A DNA stretch of 64,000 nt from positions 15,777 through 79,776 of the forward strand of contig NIVC01002877.1 of NCBI GenBank assembly GCA_002269645.1, given 5' to 3'. This DNA comes from Macrostomum lignano. Taxonomy: Eukaryota. A program made the translations under genes and the position numbers. Positions 33,237 through 45,969 of the stretch are shown in pieces. The notes under the pieces were generated by a model, which saw nothing but the letters and a program-made list of their open reading frames with translations, was not told where the DNA came from and did no database searches. Each line of letters opens with the position of its first letter. Within the stretch, counting starts at the first letter, position 1.

Positions 33237-35163
33237 CAGATGAGATCGCTTCACTACTAACAAAATCCATTCAAAAGAGAATTTTTTTAGCCATTCTAGC
33301 TAATTAACGTGGAAAGCAATTCCTTTCACCGGCTGGGGACTGTTGAAATTACGGTAGTGGAGAATTGCTCATTTGCATCTCTTATTCCGGGGCTTTACAT
33401 CCATAGCTTTAGGCACTTGTCTTTGCACCAGATTAGTGGCTTTAAGCTCGTTTGACTACAAAGAGTGAAAGGGCAGACAGAGAACAATGAAGTTCCACTT
33501 CGAAGCACACTAGTCGTAATGAGAGCCTGTTTGACGCTGCGGTGCAAATGCAGTGTATTTCTGTCCGGCCAAATCTACCTGTAATTTACACTATCCACCG
33601 CTTCTGAGCAACCAATGTTAGCCAGCTGTTTCTTACGACGGGATCATTTTCAAAAACTGGAAATGAAAAATATCAAAGACAAACTTTGCATGGCAAGTAC
33701 AGTCTTTTACTTTCCGGAAAAGCAGAGATGGGTAACGATGGCTGCTGGCTAATTCTCTAATCGCATTCAAAGGAGAAATGAGATTAGGTTTTGAAAGTGC
33801 TTTGACAAACTGGCCGGACCCAGTGAGAAGCCCCGCACCCAGTGAGGAGGGTTTCCTGCTCAAAAGATTGACACTGACTAATTATTCTTTAAATTCGACT
33901 CTCTGCTCGGTTTTCTTTTTAATAAGATGTCTCAGAACACCTCAAGGACGTGAGATTGGTGCGAAATCGAACTGCAATGCATCGAATCGACTTTCTTGCG
34001 GCCAGGGACAACTGGAAAGCGATACTCAGCAAGGGGCTCGTGCGCGAGACTTGACCTGTGGCTTGCGCAATTACTACATTGCTCATTCAATTTTTAGCCA
34101 CGCCAGCTTTTAACCTCGTGCAGCTGAAAAAGTTCTAAAGTTAAAATTAAAACCACGGTTGCAAAATTCATTATGAAACTTTACTAATGTTAGTAATTAT
34201 AGCTATTTTGCAGTTCCTCCACCGTAGAACAGATGGCGACGCCCTGAATGCTGAGGCTGCTCTGCACGGACTCAACGAACTACAGCAGGCTGGCTACATA
34301 GTTTGGCTTAATTAGGCCATTAATAAGAGCTCCAAGACTCACCTTTGTTGAATAAAATGCAGGTGCGCCTTCGAGATTGAAGGCTCGAGAGAAAAAGTTA
34401 CGAAGATTGTGAGATTCTACATTTTATGAGCTAAAATTGAGGCAGCACTGATGAGAGGGGGCCGCAGCGACTGATCTGCGATGCGCGATAAGAAAGCAAG
34501 CAGATCTGAAAGAATGATTCTTAGGCTCGGCACAGAGGATGAAGGGTATTAGGCCGAAGAAACGTGCTTAGTCTTTTTGCAGTTTGGGAAATGATTGCGT
34601 TTTGTCATCACTTAATCACAGTAGCCAGAACAATCATTCCAAGATTAATAGGAATCAGCTGCCACCAGCATCCCATTAGCAGGCATAAAGCCTAATCTTT
34701 CACATAGGTGGCGAATCTCGCTACACCGGAACAAGAACGGTCGGAGTCAATGCACAGCGGGAGGCGGGGCTGCGTCAATTCCGGCCGCTGTGTAGCAGTT
34801 CCGCGGTCCCAAACTATCGTCTCTGCCAGAGAAAGTTGCAGAGTGCCGGGGAGGCAGGCCAGGGAAGAGAGATCGGCTGATCTGATTTGCTCTGGCAAAT
34901 GTTCCCGGCCATGAAGCCTCACTCACTTCAGCCTCTCGCCTCCAATCTGAGAACAAGAGGGTAGGAGAGAAATGGGGAAATGGGAATTTGAAGGAGAGGA
35001 TGAGGATCCCCAACTGTTAGTATTTATACCATCCTCTGACTCGTCTCTGCTCTTTACTTACAACACTCTCAGATATTAGAACGTCAGAGCCTGTCTTTGG
35101 CAGTCACTTCGACCTCCCAATTCAAATATCTTCTCAAAACATCAACTAGTTCAGCTGAGCAGG

Positions 35164-36480
35164 ATGTACATCTTTCCCTATGAGCAGTTTATGTACGACA
35201 ACTACCAAGCCTACCGGCTGAGCAAGCTGGTGAAGTGTGTGCTGCCGCCGATACTGCTGACTGTGGGCACCGCGGGCAACATCCTGGGCATGGTGGTCTT
35301 ACATCGGCATTCGAAGTCGGTGCCACTGTACCTCTATCTAATACTCATCGCTGTGGCCGACCAGATGGTTCTCTCGACCGGCCTGTTTTCGAAATGGCTC
35401 AAAGAAGCATTCGGCTTCCGAATCGAGACGCTGAGCAGCCTCAGCTGTAAGATGACGTTCTTCGTGCAGTTCTCGTTCAGCTATGCCTCCGTGTGGCTTA
35501 TCGTTGCCATGACAATCGAGCGCTTCTACGCCGTTATTTCACCGCTGCGGGCGAGCACCAACACGCACAGCCGACGCCGCATCCGCTGGACCGCGGCCCT
35601 AATCTACGCAGCCGACCTGCTGCTGTTCAATTCGCACTGGATGTACACCATGGACCTGCTGCCCATGGTTCGCAACCTCACCGAGTTTAACGCCGACATC
35701 AACGCCACTCTGACCAACGAGTTTACCTACCACGACTGCGACCTGCGGCCGGCCTTGGGCATCGCGTACTTCATCTATTGGTTTGACACTGTCTGCTACC
35801 TGCTGATACCGTTCACGGTAATCTTCCTGCTCAACCTGGCCATCATCGTTCATCTAGTGCGACCGAAATACACGAGGCGATCCACGCCAGGTAACCAGGG
35901 GCGGCGCCGGCATCAGCGGCAGCACCGCCAGCATCCGTCTCTGGAGGGCAGCTTTGCTTCAGCTTCATCCTGCGGCAGTCGTCGAGGCCGTCAGAATCAG
36001 CACCAGCATCAGGATCAGCAGGCTGAGCGGCTGCGCACTCTTACGGCTTCACCCAGGAGGAGTCGATCGGCCAGACAGGTCACAGTGATGCTGGTCACGA
36101 TCTGCGCCTGCTACCTGCTCTGCACACTGCCCATCGCGCTATTGAAACTCTCCATCTTCTTGTTCGATCTGACGCGCTCAAGCGACTTGGGCAGCATTGC
36201 CAACTTCTACCTGATCGAGGCCCTGGCCGAGATGGTCATGTACCTGAGCAATGTTGGCAATTTCTACTTGTATGTGGCCTCGGCCGGCCGCTTCAGACGC
36301 GAGTTGAAGCAGACGTTCAGCTGCTTTCAGCGCCGCCAAATCAACGCCAGCCAGCGCAGCCGCAACAGTTTGCGCGGCGCTGACCGGCGGCCGAGCCAGT
36401 TTCAGCAGGTGGAGATTCCACTTCTAATGCCATCCGGAGTTACTGGCTGCCGCAGCGGTGCAACTGCCCTGTCAAGCTGA
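35164..36480 (+). CDS. Rhodopsin-class peptide GPCR (FMRFamide/MIP-receptor-like clade), single exon, 438 aa
   Basis: Seven hydrophobic helices. TM1 GTAGN, TM2 IAVAD, TM3 CK..SVWLIVAMTIERF, TM5 IPFTVIFLLN, TM6 CTLP, TM7 NFYLY..AGRFR. Long basic third intracellular loop. Confidence 0.93.
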   Translation: MYIFPYEQFMYDNYQAYRLSKLVKCVLPPILLTVGTAGNILGMVVLHRHSKSVPLYLYLILIAVADQMVLSTGLFSKWLKEAFGFRIETLSSLSCKMTFFVQFSFSYASVWLIVAMTIERFYAVISPLRASTNTHSRRRIRWTAALIYAADLLLFNSHWMYTMDLLPMVRNLTEFNADINATLTNEFTYHDCDLRPALGIAYFIYWFDTVCYLLIPFTVIFLLNLAIIVHLVRPKYTRRSTPGNQGRRRHQRQHRQHPSLEGSFASASSCGSRRGRQNQHQHQDQQAERLRTLTASPRRSRSARQVTVMLVTICACYLLCTLPIALLKLSIFLFDLTRSSDLGSIANFYLIEALAEMVMYLSNVGNFYLYVASAGRFRRELKQTFSCFQRRQINASQRSRNSLRGADRRPSQFQQVEIPLLMPSGVTGCRSGATALSS

Positions 36481-37623
36481 GCCCAGCTTCGCATTAAAAA
36501 AGGCCAGACATATGATGAAGAAAGGCTGCGGAAGCCACTCTGGACGATGGAGGAAGCCGCACAATGCGAGCCTGCCAAGCCACGCTTGACTGACCAACTG
36601 AGAGGAATCTGCTTTAGTCCGCTTCGGTGTAACTCACTTGTCCCCCCGTCCGTAGAATTCTGACGCTGATGTCGCTTGCAATCATTTTTGCTGCTCGTGT
36701 TGATTTATTTCCATTTCCCTTTGCTTGTTAGAGTCTAGGCCGCCTGCTCCCTGCTTACAGACCAGTGTCGCTGTTTCTTCAAGACCGATCTCGCTTGCAA
36801 TTCTAAAATAGAATTTTGCTTTGCTCGCCCTTTTCACGCTTTCAGAAAGAAACATTTTATGCAGTTTTTTAATTCGTTTTGATCCCCAACAACGCCATTA
36901 AAATTGTCATTCAATTCATTCCTGAAATCTGCATCTATGCACAATGTTCTGTAGTCAAGGGCCCTAATGTAGGTAGTTCAACTAGAATTGAAAGAAAACA
37001 GTAAAAATACAAAAAACTCGCAATCGCAACATTCTTGGCTTCTGCCAGAAACACCGGCTTGAGTAGATTGCAGTTGAGTGCAACTCAAAGAAAAAGAAAA
37101 AATCACTGACTTGCTGCTGTTTGCTTTCGTTTAATCTACGCAGAAAGCTTTTCTAAATTCTCGCAAGCAATATTCAAATTGGTACATTCAATCAGGGATG
37201 GCTGCATCCCTGCCGAGGCCAAGTATAACTACTGATCATGGTTAGCTTTAGCAATTAGTGAATTTTATGGCACAAAAACTCTCCGCATGACAACTGCCTT
37301 GATGCTGCATAGAAATCGGGATTTTTTGACGGATGCGAAAGAATGCTTGAACAGAATTCCCATTGATGGCATTGACTATCAGCTTTTATTGTTGCAAACC
37401 AGCCGCTTGACTGATTCATTTCCATGCAGAGATGGAAGAATTAGTTCTAGTCTCAGTCAGGCTAGCAGCTGAAAAAAAGAAAATATATATATTTAGAGCG
37501 TCATATTACTTTTTAGATGAAAGATGTCGTACACAGTACTGATCAAGTAGACTGTTTGAGTTGGTAAAGCAGAAACAAGTAACAAACTATTTCTTCGCTT
37601 CTACAATGCAATGCCTCTTGTTA

Positions 37624-39334
37624 TTACGCATTTTTCGTAGTGTTTGATGCACACTTGTGTAAATTTCTACATGAAATCTGCAGGTTAGGCCCCGTGTCCA
37701 ACCGCGCGTCTCTCTTCTTTACTATCGTGTGCACTTCGTCATCCAGTCTCCTGCGGCCCCGGGTCAGCAGATCAGTGAGAGCACTGCAGAAAGGGTTATT
37801 ACCTACAGAAATCGTCACCTGAGTCAAGTAACATGCTGATGACCAGTTTCTGACGACTTTCTCAACTACCAGCATCTGAACGTGTCAGTACGAGCTAGTA
37901 CGTTAATTTTAAACTTACGAGTTGAATTTATTGTGTAATTCAATTGGCCCCTTCAAAGTATTCTCATGCACGAGCTCGCCATGAGCAAATATATGCTAAA
38001 CGGCACGCATTCAGTGATAGTTACCATACGTCTCAAGCGAATTTTCTTTACTCTTACACGAGATGCTCCGGTACATGTAGTTCCAGTTTCCTAGAATTAA
38101 TTGCAAGTGCTACATCGGGATTTCTTAGTGACTGATTATCCTGAACTATGAAAGATATGAGCGCACTAAATATGACAAGATGCATAGATCTCTGCCAAAA
38201 GGCAAGCTGGCTTATGCATGGATAGCCTTTATTTTTTTGCGTTTCTGGCTGCACAGGCTTTTTTGGCCTCGTCCCGGATTTTATTAAGGCTTTTGTGAAG
38301 TGAATCTTTGAATTCTATCGTGATTTTAATCAATTGCTCTAACTATTCCTACACTGTTCGATGCATTGAGCACTTGCTGTGCCGATGACATTCTTCATTT
38401 TTGTCGAAAGTAAAACATTCGAAAGGGTGCCATGAACGAACGCAAAAGCAAAACACTCTTGCTTGGAGAGTGGGCGTTAAGGTTTTATTTTTAGTTCTTG
38501 GGAAACCGCAGAAATTACATTGACGCATTCTTTTCACTTGCTTGCCAGCATTCTGTCGCGGAGTCACTTACTGACACAAAGTTTAAAACAATCAGAGCTT
38601 TGATTATCCGTTAGAATAACCAACTTAGAAGCTTTGATTTTTATGCCTACTCGTCTCCAGCCCTTTTGACGAATCCGCTCGACCAGCGCTGACCAGCTCG
38701 CTTACCGAAGCCGCTCGACCAGCGCTGACCAGCTCGCTTGCCGAAGCCGCTCGACCAGCGCTGACCAGCTCGCTTACCGAAGCCGCTGGACCAACGTTGA
38801 TCCGGTCGCTTACCGAATCCGCTCGACCAGCGCTGACCAGCTCGCTTACCGAAGCCGCTCGCCCAGCGCTGACCAGCTCGCTTACCGAAGCCGCTCGACC
38901 AGCGCTGACCAGCTCGCTTACCGAAGCCGCTGGACCAACGTTGATCCGGTCGCTTACCGAATCCGCTCGACCAGCGCTGACCAGCTCGCTTACCGAAGCC
39001 GCTCGCCCAGCGCTGACCAGCTCGCTTACCGAAGCCGCTCGACCAGCGCTGACCAGCTCGCTTACCGAATCCGCTCGACCAGCGCTGACCAGCTCGCTTT
39101 TTTAAACCCTCACGCTGAGGCTGTTCGCTCGAGAGTTCGCGAGCAAGAGGCGCGACTTCATCGTCCTGTTCAGCTTCGTTTAGTTCTGCAACAAGCAATG
39201 CTGAGTCGGCTTATTTTGAGCGCCCAAGAAGATTATTCTTGATGTGCAAGTCTCAGCAACTTACCGTTTGTCTGGGCAGAAACGACCACAGCGAATATTA
39301 CAGCCAGACACACCAGCCGCCAAATGTATTGCAT
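37624..39334 (-). CDS. Multi-copy neuropeptide precursor (12 x xxQRW(S/A)SGF); join(39334..39265, 39185..38651, 37783..37624), or ending at the TAG at 38647 if the last intron is not used
   Basis: Exon 1 encodes the signal peptide MQYIWRLVCLAVIFAVVVSA. A 79-bp phase-1 intron (G|GTAAGT...TTGCAG|AA) follows. There are twelve 36-bp units: 7 AGQRWSSGF-GKR, 2 AGQRWASGF-GKR, 2 PDQRWSSGF-GKR and 1 AGQRWSSGFV-KR. The third exon is less certain. Confidence 0.9.
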
Positions 39335-40971
39335 ATTGAGTTCAATGCCTGTAGGGCTTTTCTGGAAACCAGACTACGTCTTGTTGCTGTTAGGCCTGCT
39401 GTAACTTTGTTCCCCGTCCTAACTAAAACAAGATTAGGCGGCTGAGGAAGAGAAAGATTCGCCTCTTCTTATACACGCGCGCCAAATCGAAGTGGTTCTC
39501 GGATTGGCTGAAAACAGGGCGCTTGTAGCAAGCAGGAAGTGTTTTGGCAGATTGAAGGGCCATTGTTTTGGAAAATCTACAGTGGCTATAGCTTGTGAAA
39601 CGCCGGCGAAACAGACAGCTCAAAGAGTTTGTGAATAATGTCAACAAAACAGTCAGATTTTTTGCCTAGAGACGAGTTTTAGGTTCATAGCTAATGAAGT
39701 ATGCAGTCCGTCAATGCCGAGTAAGGGCTGGTAAAAAGGTAGATCATATCCATATCGGTGTAACCAGTGTGTAATATTTTTACAACCATTTTTATCGCAA
39801 GCTCCTAAATAGGACTTTGTGACCAGCAGCCGCTGCATTTATGGCATCCAGGTATAAAGCCCGAGCATCCTAGCATAACTTCGCTAGCTTGGAAAATTTT
39901 CTATGAACTATATGGGCTAGACTAATAGAGTAGACTATGAGGCAATTTCGACTGAATCGCATTATTAGCGTAATTAATCCCCAGTTTTAAGACTATCAGT
40001 CTACTAGCTAGACTGGCAGGCATGGTCTGGCAAAATTTCCAAATGCGACCGAATTGTATCAATTTGGAAAATAGTCGCTCATCAGACCCGAGTTCTCAGC
40101 ATGAATAGCAGTGCAGCTGGATAAGGCAAGTGAGTTCCTGCTGTCATTCTTGATGCTTATTGAACTGGCAAGCAGAAGTGGGGAACTGCGCTGGTTGAAT
40201 AGAAAATAGCTGACTGCAAGGGAGCTCAAGCTCAAGCCCGAAGCCTGCGCTGGTTAGTGCGGATGCGGACTTCCCGACGGCGTCAACTTTCATTACTAAA
40301 AAAATTGCTGCCTGAGCTCGGGCTCCGGCCGGTCTGCCTGCCTACGCTACTTGTATGCAGATGACAAAGGCTGTTGAATAAAAGAAGAATGTCAAAAGGA
40401 GTTCGTCAGACATCTTTCGCAAGGCCAGCAGCTTGATCTGTTGGGTTGGGGGCGCCGACTGAAATAGACGCGTCAGTCCCAATTCCGCTTGCCCGGATGG
40501 CATGAATTCAGTGTAGTGCTCAGTGGGAATCACGCAGGGCCTGTCACTACGCTGAACATCACCCGCCTCTCTCACTGATTCTGCTCCCTGTCTAAGCGCC
40601 AAAGTTTATTTGCAATCACTTGCATCAATAGCTTTCATAGGCGATTGTCTTTCCATTTATGGCTGCCTTTTTTGTCAGCTCTCGCTGTTTTGGAGATTCT
40701 CGACGGTTGCATAAATTTCACATGGATGGAAAAGAAGCAACACGAATGCTTAAAATGAAAACGCATAATGTACGAGCGTAGGTATCAAGTTTTTGGTCGA
40801 CTTCAACCACAAATTGACTGCAGCTCACAAAGATGCAACCATTCTATGGTCAAGCGTTTTGAGTCTGTTCTTTTTCTAGAGCTATTAGATTTGAACCTAG
40901 AGTTTACAACATGCATCGAAAAACTCACTGTTACTGATTTAGGCTTGAAAGTTTTAAAAACTCCGTCACGC

Positions 40972-42998
40972 ATGAACGGTGAAAAAAGCTTACAAATGTC
41001 TCGCCGCTTCAGGGCCGAGCAAATCACCCTAATAAATGATCTGTGCAAGCGCCTGGGCTTCGACATCAACAGCGATGTTTTTGAAACTGACAGCGGCTTG
41101 CTGCAGCTTCTGCCTCTCATTCAAGCCCGACTCAATGAGCTTCAGGAGGAGGACACTTACCGCGATGTCGAAGAAATCACTACAGACAGTTGCCCAGTGC
41201 TGCATCCCAACCAGCTGCTTCATACAAATGCTTACAAACCATCAGCATCGAAGCCGTCTTCGGATGTTAGTGCCGCCGTACACTCAATAATGAGAGCTAT
41301 GGTTTTATCACAACTCCGACGCGCAATATCCGCCGCGGTGCTTGAATCATCCTCCGCATCTTCATCTTGCTTAATGCGCCGGGACATGAGCAGCACTGCC
41401 AGCGGCCAACAGTCCTCAACCATTATCGAGAAGTCGCTGAGTCCCCTGATCACTGAGATCAGAAGTGACACGCTACTTAACGAGGTTGTTACGTCGGTTG
41501 TTCGAGCCGCCTCAGAGACGGTGCAAGATGCGGAATCAAATTTAAGCAGCAACGCGCACAGCAAACTGGACTATTCTGCATCCTGTTCCAGCGTTAAGAC
41601 ATCCAAAGTAAGAACCGAATGCTTCAATTTTTGTTCTGCTTCGAGTATAATGAGTTGAACTGTTATTTTTCATCCCTACCCTAGCAAAAGAAGCATGAGA
41701 AAGCGCAAACCTCAAGAACATCAACGGCATCCTCCAGGTCGAGTACGAGTACCAGCAGTTTCAGCGGCTTCCCCTGTTTCCCCAGTCCACATTCGCGCGA
41801 TGACAATCGAGGAACAGGAAGCTCAAAAGAGCAGAGCATAGTCGGAAGCACCACCAACTGCAGTCAGCGCTCGCGATCGAAGCGGCTGGATGCAGCTGAC
41901 AAACGACGGGATGCGATGAGACACGGCGTCAGAGTAGACGAGGTCGCCGCCCGACTGTGGGAAGCGACTAGCGGACTTTCCTGCAGTCGCATTCAGTCAA
42001 GCAACTCCGTATCAGATGCGCCTCGCTCCGATGACATTATGTCCAACTCAAACATGGAGGTAGATTCGTTCATGAGGTGGCCGAATTATTAATTTTGCTA
42101 CAGTCCTACACTACTACAGTCGATTACTGTAATGAAAGATTCGCTCAGATAATGTCTTTTTGTAGGACTTCAGACATAACTGCTAGAAGTACATGTCTCG
42201 AGTAAATGTTACATCTGAATGAGCTAGCCAATTGATGTGCCTTTACTCAGCCAGCCTCGCATAAAACTTAATCACTTTGCATCTGGGTCGTATTTGATTA
42301 AACTTGAGATCATCTTGAGACTTGAACTAGAGAATCAGGTTGCATTGAAAATGGCTGCTCTCTCAGCGGACACATAGGAGAAATTTTTTGCCAGGAGGGC
42401 AAATAGTCCCGCTGACCGTAATACTTTAGCATTGATTTAGCGCAGTAGGTGAGGTTTTTTAAGAACGCAAGCCTTTTTCGCTAGGAGCAGCTGACTCCCT
42501 TGACCTCTCCTGGATGGCTCCCCATTATTGCAGTTTAGCGATAATCTCAAATGTCCAGGGCAGTGGCCCCCATCTCCATCGCACCCTCAAACCCCATCGC
42601 ATGATCAAAATTGCATTCGTTTATGCATGCTGGTGAGTTAAAGAAATTCCCGAATCGCGCAGGCACGGTGGGGAGGTCGCACGCTGCTCGAGCGCAGGCG
42701 ACAGTTCTGCTGGCCGATCGTGGACCATTATCGACACCCGTACCACAGCACAAACGCTGTTGCCCGGGACAACTGGCAGTTCGTCAACCTGCGCAACCCG
42801 CTGTGCCAAGCCGACGCCCAGCTCAACCGGACCCGGCGGGCTGAAATTCTTGAGCATTGCCTGCAGCAGCGCCAGCTGGACGCAAAGAACCCGGAGCTGG
42901 ACCGGGGCGCATCCAGTCCGTTCGAGCTCTACAACGGTGTAACTCATCCGCTGGGCCCGTCGGCAGCGCCCTGCAGAGCCACATTTGTTGGCCAGTGA
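40972..42998 (+). CDS. Hypothetical Ser-rich multi-exon gene (model uncertain)
   Basis: Long ORF to the donor AAA|GTAAGA (41607). After a 77-bp intron, the acceptor CCCTAG| (41684) opens an in-phase 125-codon exon to G|GTAGAT (42059). Further candidate exons at ~42540-42631 and ~42690-42998. No recognisable domain. Confidence 0.4.
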
Positions 42999-44894
42999 GC
43001 AATTCGCTGCTCCAACTGATCGGAAACGGCTTTGAAAGAGCCGATAAAAAGAAAAGTACATGTAGCTACAGGTACTCCATGTACATTTCGATTGTACATG
43101 TAGCTATTGAGTACCGAGTATCAAGTTGTTGTTTGCAGGATTAAAGGCAAGATTGAGCTAGACTTTTCTCAAAGCTAAAGAACTGCATGTACATCAGTGT
43201 ACATGCACGCAATATGAATGTGCGCTGCCTGATCACTGTCCCAACTGGGTCTTGTTGGGATAATTAGTTCCAGTATTTCTACTCTGAACTACCTCTGTAT
43301 TTTAGTAAATGAATGTATACATTTTACGCTTAATAAGTTAATAATAGAACGATATTTCAGTTGCTTCTCGCGATATTTAACGAGTAAGTTTTATCACGCC
43401 GCCTCGTTTGCTCGTTTAGCAGATGGAAAGTCTTGCGCTCGCATTGGCTTCTAACCTCAGTATTATATTGCTTTTGGGCGCATTAAGTCGGTTGATGTGT
43501 CAAAGGGGCAACGTGTATCCATAAATTCAAGCACAAATAATTTAGTTTGTGCTATCTTTCAGCTGCTGTATTATTGAAATAAATCTGTGAGCCAAGTGCG
43601 TAAGCCTCTGTCACATTAGTTTCGGATTTGTGCACTGAAATCGTCCATATAAAATAAAGTCCCAGCATCTCTACCCTACCCTAATTGCAAAGCCTCTCTA
43701 ATCTGCAGACTTCACGTTTACCACGTTTACTCAAATTTGACAATCAAAAGGAATCTAGAAATTAAGCCCAATAATCCCAATCAAAAATCATTAATGAGAT
43801 GAGATGGGATACGATTGCTGAGATGATAAGGCGTATGTTGGAAATTGCTGAGAGACGTTAAGGCTGAGGTAAGAAGCTAAATGTAGTTTATTTAAAAATT
43901 TGTATTCCATTTTTTGTTTGGCTCCCGGAGGGCGCTGTTTGCTAGAGTCTGAATTTAGAGTCTTAAATCTTAAGTTCGTGGCACTTCTACGAGTATGTAG
44001 CTATAGCCGCGTCCCAGCCGCGTCGAATTTTGGAACCCACGCCCGTGTTCTCCATTTCTCATTCCGTCATGTTGAAAAATCTCGCTCAGGTGGCTATAGT
44101 CACCTGGTGCCATCTGTTAAATTAAGGTGCTGACGGCGTCGGAGCGATGACAGAATGCTTGAGAGACTTCAGCTGAGGATGTCCAGCGGTTGTGATTTGC
44201 CGCGCCCACTGACGAGGCTTCATCAGCGAAACCAGGGGAATTCGCAACAGGGTGTGGTGTCCACAGGCACCTTGTGCCATCTGTTGAAGGTCCAGACGTT
44301 CCGCCTGGGTGAAGGCCACTGACTAAGAGAAGTCAAGAGAAGTCGAAGAGCTGATGAAATTTGGAGGCTTTGGCAAAAACTGAGAAGAATCCGACTTCTG
44401 ACAGAATCGTTGAACATCTCGACGGTCTGGAAGGCCGGTGACTTGATTCTTGTTTAATTGTTTAAAAATTTTTCCATGTTCTGGAACTTCGTGGGCCTGT
44501 GTTGCTTTGTTCCGGCGCAGCAAAAATAGTTGTCAGGGGATCCCCCATTGGTAGTTCTACTCTTAGGCAACTTAAACTCGCGCGCACCTACATGTAATTA
44601 CTGTATATTACCGAATTCTAAAATGCTGTACAAAATTGTCCATAAATCAAAAACACCCCCGGCCCTTTATATGCTCAAGCCTAAACTTATCCACACGAAA
44701 ACTATTGGACAAAGACGAAATGAAAAAGAACAACCACCTTTAATTTATTTCTCTTCAATTAACTGAATTCCCGTTAACCCGCAACTCCACAAGCAGCAAA
44801 AGGAAGGAAAGGCGGCAGGTTGGCAGCGAGCACAAAGCAGCGACGAGGTGGGGAAGGCGACCCCAACCCCGAAAAAAAGAAGAAGCGGGGGAAG

Positions 44895-45968
44895 TTAGTG
44901 ATAATTAAAAGAAGCAGCAATCCGCTGGACGGCGGAGCGCCTGCGGGCAAAAACTGCATCGTCCGAGAAATAGCGGAAGACGGAGTCGGAGCGCCAGTCA
45001 CCAAGGCAGCGGATGTCGGCCACGGAGAGGCCACCCCGGAAGGCGGCGCTGGCTCCGCCGCTACGCAGACTGTGGCCAGAGAAGTTTTCCTCAGGGATGC
45101 CGCAAATCGACAGGCCCCGCTTGAGCAGGCGGATGAAGGTCGAGGCAGCCAACGGGATTCTGCGGGCGCCCAGGACAGCTAAGAGAGGCTGGTGCGGCTC
45201 GACAACTTGGTTCTCACGCAGATGAGTGGCGAGGGCAGAGACCGGGCATTGCGGGCAGTCGGTGCATTGCGGAAGGAACACTAGCAGCTGACGCTCCTTG
45301 AACTGGTTGGTCTTAGACTTGCCGATGGTCAGGCGGAGGCCGCCAGGGCAAGTCGACAGCGCGCCGCGGCGCAAAGCAGCGCCAGTGGTAGACGGAAGAA
45401 GCTCGCCCAGACGAAGGACGCCCCACCAGGCATCCAGCAGCGCAGCCTTGAAGGCCACGAAGAGGCGCCGGGGCAGCAATTGCTGAAGCAGAGGGCTGTT
45501 GCAGAGCAGACGGAGATGATGCGGCTGCAGTGGCTCTGCCCTGCGTGGCTGCCTGCTTAGTAGGCGTCGGGCTCCGCGACAGACGAGAGCCAGTCGGGCG
45601 TTGTCCTTGGTGGGGTCCGGTGCTGCTGTCGCCCTGTGGATGAAAGACACTGCGCTGAGGCTGATTTGCACGCTTGAGTAGGAGGCGCAGCCTCGCTCCA
45701 AAAGGAAGGCGGTGAAGTTGCAGACGTCTGACTTCGATGCGGCCGTGGGGAAGACCCGCTGCTGTCGACAGAACTCCCTCCAGAGCTGCAGGTGGCTGGC
45801 ATACGACTTCCGGGTGCTGGGTGCGAGCGACAGGCGGCACAGGATGGGCACGGACACGGCGGGGCGGTGGGGAGCGCGGCTGCGACCTGTGAAAGAAACA
45901 GTGGTGCGGGACACGTGCAGAGATGGTGTGCGAGACAAATTCAGTAGGACAGACACACAAAGAGCCAT
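44895..45968 (-). CDS. Tyrosine recombinase (intact 357-aa ORF)
   Basis: LAPSTRKSYASHL, VLRLGEL, SKTNQ, GHSLRSGGA, GDWRS and FRYF. ATG at 45968. Confidence 0.9.
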   Translation of the reverse strand: MALCVSVLLNLSRTPSLHVSRTTVSFTGRSRAPHRPAVSVPILCRLSLAPSTRKSYASHLQLWREFCRQQRVFPTAASKSDVCNFTAFLLERGCASYSSVQISLSAVSFIHRATAAPDPTKDNARLALVCRGARRLLSRQPRRAEPLQPHHLRLLCNSPLLQQLLPRRLFVAFKAALLDAWWGVLRLGELLPSTTGAALRRGALSTCPGGLRLTIGKSKTNQFKERQLLVFLPQCTDCPQCPVSALATHLRENQVVEPHQPLLAVLGARRIPLAASTFIRLLKRGLSICGIPEENFSGHSLRSGGASAAFRGGLSVADIRCLGDWRSDSVFRYFSDDAVFARRRSAVQRIAASFNYH

Positions 45969-45969
45969 A

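Noticed and set aside
30861-33307. 300-aa ORFs with 32-aa periodicity
   Set aside because: An artefact of a 32-bp satellite lacking stops in several frames.
44200-44260. Hammerhead-ribozyme-like CTGACGA...GAAA core
   Set aside because: Stem II is imperfect, the putative cleavage position is G rather than H, and no stem I partner is visible.
44100-44525. Possible degenerate coding fragment on the minus strand
   Set aside because: Short broken frames with no motif I could assign.
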